From an uncultured archaeon (lineage in GTDB: Archaea; Iainarchaeota; Iainarchaeia; Iainarchaeales; JAAZKV01): a stretch of 32,000 bases of DNA. Position numbers and translations under genes: made by a program. The notes under the pieces were generated by a model. That model ran no database searches. It saw nothing but the letters and a program-made list of their open reading frames with translations, and was not told where the DNA came from. How positions within the stretch are numbered: position 1 is the first letter of the stretch; each line of letters starts with the position of its first letter. Below, one piece after another: positions 25,510 to 32,000 of this stretch. Location: NCBI GenBank assembly GCA_964551375.1, contig CAZKBG010000001.1, positions 690,001 to 722,000 of the forward strand, in the 5' to 3' direction.

Positions 25510-26619
25510 TCACTTAGCATAATTTAATTCAAATTCTTTTTTAAGCTTCTCAAAATTATTTTCTTTAATTGCAACGCGGATGTCTTTGATTAAATTTGCA
25601 ATAAAAAAAGTATTATGATAACTTAACAGCATCAAGCCGTTCTGCTCATAAGTTTTAAACAAATGATGAAGGTACGCACGGGAATGATTTTTGCAAACAA
25701 AACAATTACACTTTGAATCAAGCGGTTCAAAAGATTCCTTATGAACTGCCCTGTCAATTTTAATCTGCCCTTTGTGAGTAAAAATCAAGCCATGCCGAGC
25801 CATTCTTGTCGGATAGGCTGAATCAAAAATATCCACTCCGCGCTCCACTAAATTTAAAATTTCAAGGGGAGAACCCACCCCCATTAAATACACAGGGAGG
25901 TTTTCGCTGATTATTTCTTTTGTGATTTGCGTCATATCATACATGCTCTTTGGATTTTCACCAATGCACAACCCGCCGACTGCGATTCCGTCAAAACCAA
26001 TTGCTTCAATGCTTACTGCTGATTTTTTTCTCAAATCAGGAAATGTCCCCCCTTGGGTAATTCCAAACAACAGTTGATTTTTATTTTTGTGGGCTTCTTT
26101 ACAGCGCAATGCCCATTCAGTAGTTCGAATCATTGCATCAAAATATTCCTCTCTTGATTTTCCAAAATGCACAAGGTGATCAAGACACATGGCAACATCA
26201 CTGCCAAGCGAATTTTGAATCTGAACTGCGCGCTCAGGAGTAATTAATTCAACGCTTTTATCAAAAGGGTTCTTGAAATAAACCCCCTTATCTGTCAAGT
26301 GATCTACAAAAGTTTCCGACAAGAGCTGAAAGCCGCCCGAGTCAGTGAAGAGAGCGCCGTTCCAGCCGAAGAACTTATGCAAGCCATCTGCTTTTTTTAC
26401 CAAATCAATTCCCGGCTTTAAATAATTTACAAAAGCATTTGTAATCAAACAATTAACTCCCATATCCTTTTCAAGTTCAGGATGAGTCACAAACTTTACC
26501 GCGCCTTTTGTAGCAACAGGCATGAAAAAGGGAGTTTCTAATTTTTTATGATGAGTAAAAAGAATGCCCGCACGCGCGCTTGAATTTTTGGATTTAGTTG
26601 TAATTTCAAAGCAACTCAT
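25510..26619 (-). CDS. tgt: tRNA-guanine transglycosylase, short single-domain form without PUA/C-terminal domains
   Basis: ARAGILFTHHKKLETPFFMPVATKG, FTDSGGFQLLS, GIAVGGLCIGE and the zinc site CNCFVCKNHSRAYLHHL match Tgt. The ATG at 26619 (MSCFEITTKS) is preferred; the upstream 50 codons are antisense to the SRP RNA. Confidence 0.88.
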   Translation of the reverse strand: MSCFEITTKSKNSSARAGILFTHHKKLETPFFMPVATKGAVKFVTHPELEKDMGVNCLITNAFVNYLKPGIDLVKKADGLHKFFGWNGALFTDSGGFQLLSETFVDHLTDKGVYFKNPFDKSVELITPERAVQIQNSLGSDVAMCLDHLVHFGKSREEYFDAMIRTTEWALRCKEAHKNKNQLLFGITQGGTFPDLRKKSAVSIEAIGFDGIAVGGLCIGENPKSMYDMTQITKEIISENLPVYLMGVGSPLEILNLVERGVDIFDSAYPTRMARHGLIFTHKGQIKIDRAVHKESFEPLDSKCNCFVCKNHSRAYLHHLFKTYEQNGLMLLSYHNTFFIANLIKDIRVAIKENNFEKLKKEFELNYAK

Positions 26620-26670
26620 ACCAATTACCCTAATAAGTAGTCTTTTAATTATTTCAAACCACAGATATTT

Positions 26671-26937
26671 CGGACTAGACTGGGCCGCTAGCGGTGGCTT
26701 GTAACCGGAAATCCGCTTTATGCCGGGGTTGAAGCTGGGGAAGAGGTTCGTAAGCTCTGCAGACACCATGCTGTTAGCGTCGAAGCTCTGTCCTTACAGG
26801 TGTTTTTTTAAAATGAACTCCGCCAGGGCAGGAATGCAGCAACGGTAGTTTTAGAAGAAGACGCTGAAGGGAAACGGAGTGGAGTTAGCGGTATGAAATG
26901 CCTGCAATGCCTGAAAAATCCATTTTCCAGCACGTCC
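26671..26937 (+). ncRNA. Signal recognition particle RNA (7S/SRP RNA), compact archaeal type
   Basis: This is a GC-rich island in AT-rich DNA. The 5' part is Alu-like, with an AGC-GGUG-GCU hairpin followed by CGG-AAAU-CCG. The helix 8 signature is UAAAA-UGAAC-UCCGCC-AGG-GCA[GGAA]UGC-AGCA-ACGGUAG-UUUUA (~26808-26853). AGCGUC (26775-26780) pairs with GACGCU (26861-26866). The 5' GGAC..UGG pairs with the 3' CCA..GUCC. A T5 run follows at 26938-26942, and a TATA-like TTTTAATTAT lies ~25 nt upstream. The ends are approximate. Confidence 0.85.
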
Positions 26938-27076
26938 TTTTTCTACATAAATTGTTAATTAAACCAATTTTAAGCTATTTAATGGCAAAAATAACCTGTG
27001 CCGGCAAAGAAGCGGGGCTTTGAAGGAACGTTTATATACTAAAAACGCTTTTATTTAATTAATACAAGGGGTCGAA

Positions 27077-27250
27077 ATGGTTTTCGAGAAAAAAATGTCT
27101 GTCAAAGACCTTATTGAACAAATGCGGGAAGAACTGCGAAACGAGCAGGAACAAAAAGAAACGTCACAAAAACCTGCAAAGAAGGGCAAAGCAAAGCCTA
27201 AGAAAGCTAAAAAGGCAAAAGCTAAGCCAAAAAAGAAAAAGAAGAAGTAA
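27077..27250 (+). CDS. Small (57-aa) protein with an acidic/helical head and a poly-Lys/Ala/Pro tail
   Basis: The ATG at 27077 is preceded by AAGGGG 7-12 nt upstream, with a TTTATATA box ~45 nt upstream. The translation is MVFEKKMSVKDLIEQMREELRNEQEQKETSQKPAKKGKAKPKKAKKAKAKPKKKKKK. It is below the ORF-track length cutoff, and the listed antisense 66-aa Phe-rich ORF is its mirror artefact. Confidence 0.45.
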   Translation: MVFEKKMSVKDLIEQMREELRNEQEQKETSQKPAKKGKAKPKKAKKAKAKPKKKKKK

Positions 27251-27251
27251 A

Positions 27252-27557
27252 TCACTTTGTTAAAGATTCCTTCTTTTTAATTTCCTTCTCAAGCGTCTTA
27301 AGAACACGCTGAACAACTTCTAAAAGCTGCCAATCAGTGTGCTCTGCAAAAAAAGTACCCCTTCCAAGAACTGCTTTTGCATGAATTTCATGCTGGGCGC
27401 GCAAGCCCCCTTTCTTATACTGTTTAAGCGAAAGCTGCAACTCCACATCAGGACCCACTTTTTTTACAAAATGAGCAATAGCCTTGTTAAACAATTCCAA
27501 GTCAACTTCATCAAGCTCAGGGAACTTAACTAATTTTACATTTGCCGGAACATCCAT
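27252..27557 (-). CDS. HPF/RaiA (ribosome hibernation/S30AE)-like protein
   Basis: 101 aa with a predicted beta-alpha-beta-beta-beta-alpha layout. The sequence pattern parallels bacterial HPF/YfiA: VKLVKF...DLELFNKAIAHFVKKV...VELQLSLKQ...HEIHAKAVLGRGTFFAEHTDWQLLEVVQRVLKTLEKEIKKK. This was assigned by eye only. Confidence 0.5.
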   Translation of the reverse strand: MDVPANVKLVKFPELDEVDLELFNKAIAHFVKKVGPDVELQLSLKQYKKGGLRAQHEIHAKAVLGRGTFFAEHTDWQLLEVVQRVLKTLEKEIKKKESLTK

Positions 27558-27706
27558 AAAAACACCACATCCAAAAAAGATAGAACTCTTAATAAAATTA
27601 GTTCAATTAGTTTAAAAAAAGATTGAAAAGCCAAACAAAACGCGCAAAAAAAGTGAAAACTGCCCGCGCCAGAAAGGTATTTAGTTATTACAACACAGCA
27701 TATATT

Positions 27707-29473
27707 ATGCAAAACTGCCCGAAAGAATACTCTAAACTTGCAAATACCGCAGTCAACCTTGCAAAAGAAAAGGGAGTAAAAAACTCCACGCTTGAAAGGA
27801 CTTGGAGAGTCGCCATGGATTTGTGCGATAAACAACTCCCTATTTCAGCAATCATTGCGGAAATAATAAAAGAAATCCCTCAAGAAAATATTTCTGAAGA
27901 AGAACTAATCAAACTATTTGGAAAAGAAGCGGTTGATATTTCAAATTATGTCAGACAGCTTAATTCAGTAATACAAAGCAATTACTTAAGAGTGCCTACT
28001 GAAACGCTGAATTCAATAATTCTTTCCATACCAAAGGACTTTCAGCCGATAATTTTAATGATTGCTGATGTAAGCGACATGCTTGAATATAATGACAAAA
28101 GCGGGCTTGAGAAAAATTTTGCAAAAAAAGCTGAAGAAATATGGTTTCCGCTCGCAACAAAACTTGGGCTTAGCAACTACGCATGGAAACTACAGGATTA
28201 CAGTTTTAGAGCAATAAACCCTGAAGGATACGCTAAAGTCAATATGCTTGTGAATAAAGACAGAAAAGCAAGAGAACAATTAATTAAAGATGTCATAAAC
28301 GAAATGCAAAAACTTTTAGCCGGAAAAATGAAAGCAAGGATTATGGGAAGGCCAAAAACACTCAAATCAATTCATGACAAGATGAAAAAAAAACCGTTCT
28401 CAAACATACATGATATTTACGGAATAAGAATAATCTGCGACAAAGAAAAAGAATGCTACGAAGCTTTGGGATATGCGCACTCAAAATATGAAATCATACC
28501 AGAATCTTTTGATGATTATATTACAAAGCCCTGGGCTGACGGATACCAGAGCATACATACCGCTGTGCGAAGAGGAGAAGATATTATTGAAATACAAATA
28601 CGAACATGGACGCACCACTTGCGTTCAATCTCTGATAGGTACTGGAATTACAAAAAAATAATGAAAGACAAGGAATTTGAGAAAGAACTAAGCTGGGAAA
28701 GACAGCTCTTAGAGTGGCAGAAGAACGAATCAGGAACTGGCTTAGGGAAAAAAATCAGCGGACAAAAAATATTTGCGTTTACTCCTAAAAATGAAGTAAT
28801 TGCGATGCCAAACGGAGCGACAGTGGTTGATTTTGCATTTGCAGTGCACACGGATATTGGCAAAAACATGGAAGGGGCAAAAGTCAACGGCAAAGTTGTC
28901 CCAATTGAAACTAAGCTCAAAAACTTGGACAGAGTTGAAATTATAACAAATCAAAAACCCCAGATGAAGAAAAACTGGATAGGGTTTGTAATAACAGAAA
29001 AAGCAAAACAAAAAATCAAATCAGTATTCGGGCTTAAGAGCATAAAAAAACCCGCTGCGCAAATAGGAATAAATGACATTAAAAAAATAAAAATGGCAGA
29101 ATGCTGCAACCCGCTCCCGGGAGAAGACGTAATAGGAGTAAAAACCACAAAAAGAAAAATAATAGTGCACAAAAAAGACTGCCCAAATATAAAAAAGATG
29201 GATAAATCCAAATTAATTGAAATAGGATTTGAAAGAGACAAAGGAAAAACACAAATAAGAGTGAACGTGCTTGACAGGCCAGGAATACTTCCCGAAATAC
29301 TTGACGAAATTAAAAAAGGTGGCGCAACTTTAATCAACACAAATTTCAAAATAAAGAAAACTGGATATGCTGAAGCAATATTTGGGATTGAAATATCAAG
29401 CGCCTCAAAACTTGACAAGTTAATTGAAAGAATTGAACAAATTCCGGGCGTTATGGGCGCTGAAAGACTGTAA
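27707..29473 (+). CDS. Long RelA/SpoT homologue: degenerate hydrolase domain, (p)ppGpp synthetase, TGS, Cys-rich zinc-finger-like and ACT regions
   Basis: Synthetase motifs are GRPKTLKSI, IHDIYGIRI, FDDYITKPWADGYQSIHTAV and IIEIQIRT. The TGS domain is IFAFTPKNEVIAMPNGATVVDFAFAVHTDIGKNMEGAKVNGKVVPIETKLKNLDRVEIIT. The Cys-rich motif is AECCNPLPGEDVIGV...IIVHKKDCPNI, and the ACT-like end is IRVNVLDRPGILPEILDEI. The N-terminal region aligns to the HD domain (LMIADVSDM, EEIWFPLATKLGLS) but lacks the His-Asp catalytic residues. The ORF opens at a TTG at 27623; the first ATG is at 27707. Confidence 0.85.
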   Translation: MQNCPKEYSKLANTAVNLAKEKGVKNSTLERTWRVAMDLCDKQLPISAIIAEIIKEIPQENISEEELIKLFGKEAVDISNYVRQLNSVIQSNYLRVPTETLNSIILSIPKDFQPIILMIADVSDMLEYNDKSGLEKNFAKKAEEIWFPLATKLGLSNYAWKLQDYSFRAINPEGYAKVNMLVNKDRKAREQLIKDVINEMQKLLAGKMKARIMGRPKTLKSIHDKMKKKPFSNIHDIYGIRIICDKEKECYEALGYAHSKYEIIPESFDDYITKPWADGYQSIHTAVRRGEDIIEIQIRTWTHHLRSISDRYWNYKKIMKDKEFEKELSWERQLLEWQKNESGTGLGKKISGQKIFAFTPKNEVIAMPNGATVVDFAFAVHTDIGKNMEGAKVNGKVVPIETKLKNLDRVEIITNQKPQMKKNWIGFVITEKAKQKIKSVFGLKSIKKPAAQIGINDIKKIKMAECCNPLPGEDVIGVKTTKRKIIVHKKDCPNIKKMDKSKLIEIGFERDKGKTQIRVNVLDRPGILPEILDEIKKGGATLINTNFKIKKTGYAEAIFGIEISSASKLDKLIERIEQIPGVMGAERL

Positions 29474-29545
29474 AACCAGCCACTCTGGCGCAAAAACGTA
29501 TTTATTTAAATCGATGGGAAGACATGTTTTTGGGAGTTGGTCAGA

Positions 29546-30739
29546 ATGAAGTTAAACATACAAATAGCTGTGCTATTTATTCTTTTTATTTTTGCAGCGG
29601 GGGCAATGGCGGCTGCGCCTGACGCAACACAAGTCACTTACAACCCAAGCCCTGCCGTGCCAGGAACAACAATGACTGTAATTATACAGCTTGAGAACAA
29701 ACAGCTTGTATCAGAAAATGATGTTTTTGTTAAACTAGAAAGCACATACCCTTTCACAGTAAAATCAAGCGAGACTGAACAAAATCCAAGAAGCATAGGA
29801 ACAATGGATAAATACGCAAAAGCGCAGGCAAGCTTCACAGTTTATGTTGACCCGACAGCAGAAAATAAAACATACACTTTCCCAGTAATAGTAACTTCAA
29901 ACGGAGACCAGACAGGAAAAAGAACTACTTTTTCAATTGTAATCAGCGGAAAAAGCCCTGTTCTAAAAGTAGTATCAACAACAAACGAGAAACTTCTCCC
30001 AGGACAGGAAAAAGAAATACCAATTACAATCCAAAACGTTGGAACAAGCCCAGCATATGATATAATTGCTGAAATACAAGAAGACAGGACTGTTACTGCA
30101 ACAGGAACAGTAATTGAAAGAGACATAACTTCAGTAGGCGCATCAACCGCATACTTAAATACAATAAATCCCGGCGAAAGAAAAGTGGCAAGCTTAAGAG
30201 TAAATGTAAGCAACACAGCAACAATCAAAAACTACCCTATTCCAATCAGAATCTCATACAGAGATGCAGCAGGAACAAGAATGACTGACACATCCTACAT
30301 CGGACTCAAAGTTTTTGGAACAGCAGATATTGACGCAACAATAAAAGAAAGCAGCGGATCATTCTCTGTGGGACAACAGTCGCAAGTAACTGTGGAAGTT
30401 TTCAATAAAGGATTAGGAAAAGCTGATTTCACACTAATTGAAGTAAGCACCACAGACGGAACTGTTCAAACACCAAAACAATTCATTGGAACACTCGGGC
30501 CAAATGATGTGGACACAGTAAAAACAACAATTGTATTCAACAGAAGCGGAGAACACGCAATTGATGTGAACATCACATACCAAGATGCGGATTCAACACA
30601 AAAGACAAAAACAATAACTCTGCCAGTAAAAACACAGCAAATTTCTGACGGCGGAATGAACCCAGTAATAATTATTGTCGCAATAATAGTAATTGCAGTA
30701 ATAATCTGGAACTTCTTCTTAAGAAAGAAAAAGAAATAG
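29546..30739 (+). CDS. Cell-surface (S-layer-like) protein with repeated CARDB/COG1361-type beta-sandwich domains and a C-terminal membrane anchor
   Basis: It has a signal peptide (MKLNIQIAVLFILFIFAAGAMA). Repeated modules of the form P..PG......I.N.G...A... occur three times (e.g. LLPGQEKEIPITIQNVGTSPAYDI). The C-terminal TM helix (PVIIIVAIIVIAVIIWNFF) is followed by RKKKK. A GGGAG precedes the ATG at 29546. Confidence 0.7.
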   Translation: MKLNIQIAVLFILFIFAAGAMAAAPDATQVTYNPSPAVPGTTMTVIIQLENKQLVSENDVFVKLESTYPFTVKSSETEQNPRSIGTMDKYAKAQASFTVYVDPTAENKTYTFPVIVTSNGDQTGKRTTFSIVISGKSPVLKVVSTTNEKLLPGQEKEIPITIQNVGTSPAYDIIAEIQEDRTVTATGTVIERDITSVGASTAYLNTINPGERKVASLRVNVSNTATIKNYPIPIRISYRDAAGTRMTDTSYIGLKVFGTADIDATIKESSGSFSVGQQSQVTVEVFNKGLGKADFTLIEVSTTDGTVQTPKQFIGTLGPNDVDTVKTTIVFNRSGEHAIDVNITYQDADSTQKTKTITLPVKTQQISDGGMNPVIIIVAIIVIAVIIWNFFLRKKKK

Positions 30740-30831
30740 AAAACGCAGAAACGCCTTTTTTAGCAGAAGCTAGAAAAGGCAAAAGCTTTTTTTAAAACAA
30801 GAACTTATTGAACTCAAACAAAAGCTTGGAA

Positions 30832-31566
30832 TCAAACATTGTAGTCTTCTTCAACCTTATGAACCTTAATCCCGTCATCAGAAATCTGAATCGGGTGCAA
30901 ATCTTCGCTGTGCTTAGTCGCGCGCATTTTTCTAATATGAAGAGTACGATTGCTCTGAGTGCCAAGCCCCATATAATGCAGCACCACAACACCGTCTGCA
31001 ACAAATTCTTCAACACCATACTTGCCAATCTGCTTTGAGTCTTCATTAATTTCAGTAGTGAAGACTGTTGTAACACCGGCTCTCGAAAGAAGATAAACAA
31101 TCTTTAAAACAGCCTTTCTAATCTCGTGCTCAGAGTCAAAATTCAAGCCAAGCGCAGGAATTGAATCAATAACAACCCTCTTAGCTTTGATTTTCTTAAT
31201 AGCACGCATTAATTCAAGCAAAAGCTTGTCAAGATCAAACCCAGTGGCTGGGAGAGAGAATTCTTCATCACTTGGAATTCCAAGCTTAGCCATTGTTCCG
31301 TCAACAATTCTAATCATCCCCGCATCTTCATACTGGCGCAAATTCCAGCCGAACCTCAACATATCTTCCCTAATCAAGTCAGGGCGCTCATCAAGAGTAA
31401 GATAAACTCCCGGCTCGTTTAATTTAACTCCGGAAACCAAATACTGCATCGCAAAAATAGTTTTGCCTGTCCCTGTTCCGCCTGAAATCAAAAAGCTTCT
31501 TCCTTCAGGCAGCCCGCCTTCAACCAGTTCGTCAAAACCGCCAATTCCAGTCTTAATACGATTCAT
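30832..31566 (-). CDS. Single-domain KaiC/RecA-superfamily ATPase
   Basis: RIKTGIGGFDELVEGGLPEGRSFLISGGTGTGKTIFAMQYL carries the Walker A motif and RVVIDSI the Walker B motif. The ~240-aa size is typical of archaeal stand-alone KaiC-like proteins. Confidence 0.8.
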   Translation of the reverse strand: MNRIKTGIGGFDELVEGGLPEGRSFLISGGTGTGKTIFAMQYLVSGVKLNEPGVYLTLDERPDLIREDMLRFGWNLRQYEDAGMIRIVDGTMAKLGIPSDEEFSLPATGFDLDKLLLELMRAIKKIKAKRVVIDSIPALGLNFDSEHEIRKAVLKIVYLLSRAGVTTVFTTEINEDSKQIGKYGVEEFVADGVVVLHYMGLGTQSNRTLHIRKMRATKHSEDLHPIQISDDGIKVHKVEEDYNV

Positions 31567-31737
31567 AAAATCAACAAAACAATAATGCTTTACTGGCTTA
31601 TTAACTTTACCATGGGAAAGAATAGTAAATTGGAAATAAAATTAATGTCCAAGAAATTGAGTTTGGTTTAATTAAAGAACTAAAAAACACTAAAAATACT
31701 AAAAAAAGCAAATTAACCAAAAAAAAGAAAAAAGAAG

Positions 31738-31811
31738 TGGGACTGGAGAGATTTGAACCCTCGACACCACGGTCTTCAGCCGTGTGCTCTCCCAGGCTGA
31801 GCTACAGTCCC
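31738..31811 (-). tRNA. tRNA-Phe (anticodon GAA), CCA not encoded
   Basis: The reverse complement folds as a 74-nt cloverleaf: acceptor GGGACUG/CAGUCCC plus A, D arm GCUC/GAGC, anticodon stem CACGG/CCGUG with loop CUGAAGA, and T arm GAGGG-UUCAAAU-CUCUC. A T-rich tract lies downstream. Confidence 0.93.
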
Positions 31812-31871
31812 AGACTCCTTAAAATAAATAGCTACCCAAAGGTTTTTAATAATCGCTAAAACAACAAAAAT

Positions 31872-32000
31872 TACAACATTTTATTGATTTTTGAAACAGA
31901 GACAACAATTGCTGATTTTGCAGGCAGCCCCTTATTTTCAGGAATTGTTTTAATCAAATCAAAATACTTTCCTGACTTTTGGACTGACGCTGTTCCAAGC
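31872..32000 (-). CDS. 3' end of an unidentified CDS running off the window edge
   Basis: An open minus-strand frame (...GTASVQKSGKYFDLIKTIPENKGLPAKSAIVVSVSKINKML*) ends with a stop at 31872-31874. It is too short to identify. Confidence 0.3.

Noticed and set aside
26620-26769. A 50-codon extension of tgt
   Set aside because: It is antisense to the SRP RNA, and its GC-rich composition comes from the RNA gene. Tgt homology starts at the ATG at 26619.
26671-26937. RNase P RNA as an alternative identity for the GC-rich island (GAAGGGAAACGGAG resembles a J11/12-like string)
   Set aside because: The order of elements does not fit RNase P, with no GAGGAAAGUCC-type P4 strand upstream. The GGAA-tetraloop helix with AGG/AGCA loops and the GGUG hairpin fit SRP RNA.
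27055-27255. A 66-aa Phe-rich minus-strand ORF from the track
   Set aside because: It is the complement of the Lys-rich + strand ORF at 27077-27250, which has a TATA box and an SD-like motif. Poly-Phe with scattered Cys is not protein-like.
27536-27835. A 99-aa minus-strand ORF spanning the HPF-like/RSH intergenic region
   Set aside because: It overlaps the RSH 5' end and the promoter region, and its Phe/Cys-rich sequence has no motif.
28951-29493. A 180-aa minus-strand ORF, and similar ones at 28648-29011
   Set aside because: They are antisense to the TGS/ACT-encoding part of the RSH gene and have no motifs.
31567-31871. tRNA-Phe as an integration hotspot (genomic island or provirus boundary)
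   Set aside because: No integrase gene, no direct repeat of the tRNA 3' end, and no compositional shift are visible within the window on either side.
1-32000. CRISPR arrays, transposons/IS elements, toxin-antitoxin pairs or known defence-system signatures
   Set aside because: I saw no regularly spaced direct repeats, terminal inverted repeats, transposase/integrase-like ORFs or recognisable defence domains. The KaiC-like ATPase stands alone without partner nuclease or sensor genes.

Overview
AT-rich, densely packed chromosomal window that is archaeal by marker content: RadA recombinase, geranylgeranylglyceryl-phosphate synthase, a zinc-finger RPA, a preflagellin-type A24 peptidase, an archaeal-style 7S RNA and a tRNA-Phe without encoded CCA. 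The small genes, strong AT bias and many bacterial-looking genes suggest a DPANN-like lineage; that placement is inference only. There are about 35 protein genes, one tRNA and one unannotated SRP RNA. I saw no CRISPR array, transposase, integrase or rRNA. Four themes stand out. (1) All three core SRP components are present: FtsY at 93-1832, SRP54 at 3476-4828, and an SRP/7S RNA at about 26671-26937 that the ORF track hides under a false N-terminal extension of tgt. (2) A DNA-precursor supercluster spans roughly 10.3-24.6 kb: RPA, a P-loop nucleotide kinase, cob(I)alamin adenosyltransferase, B12-dependent class II RNR (NrdJ), a CPHC thioredoxin, a DUF4430-like lipoprotein with a small polytopic membrane protein (candidate corrinoid uptake), a Nudix protein, divergent glyA/thyA, folA, a small radical-SAM protein and RadA. 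(3) The most unusual locus is 27252-29473. It is a divergent pair of an HPF/RaiA-like ~100-aa protein and a full-length long RelA/SpoT homologue (pseudo-hydrolase, synthetase, TGS, Cys-rich zinc-finger-like and ACT regions). This is a bacterial-type stringent-response/ribosome-hibernation module inside an otherwise archaeal neighbourhood. (4) A membrane-anchored wHTH regulator is followed by an intergenic TGTTCC repeat array around a TATA box, upstream of secreted and lipoprotein genes. All functional calls come from motif recognition by eye; no database search was possible.
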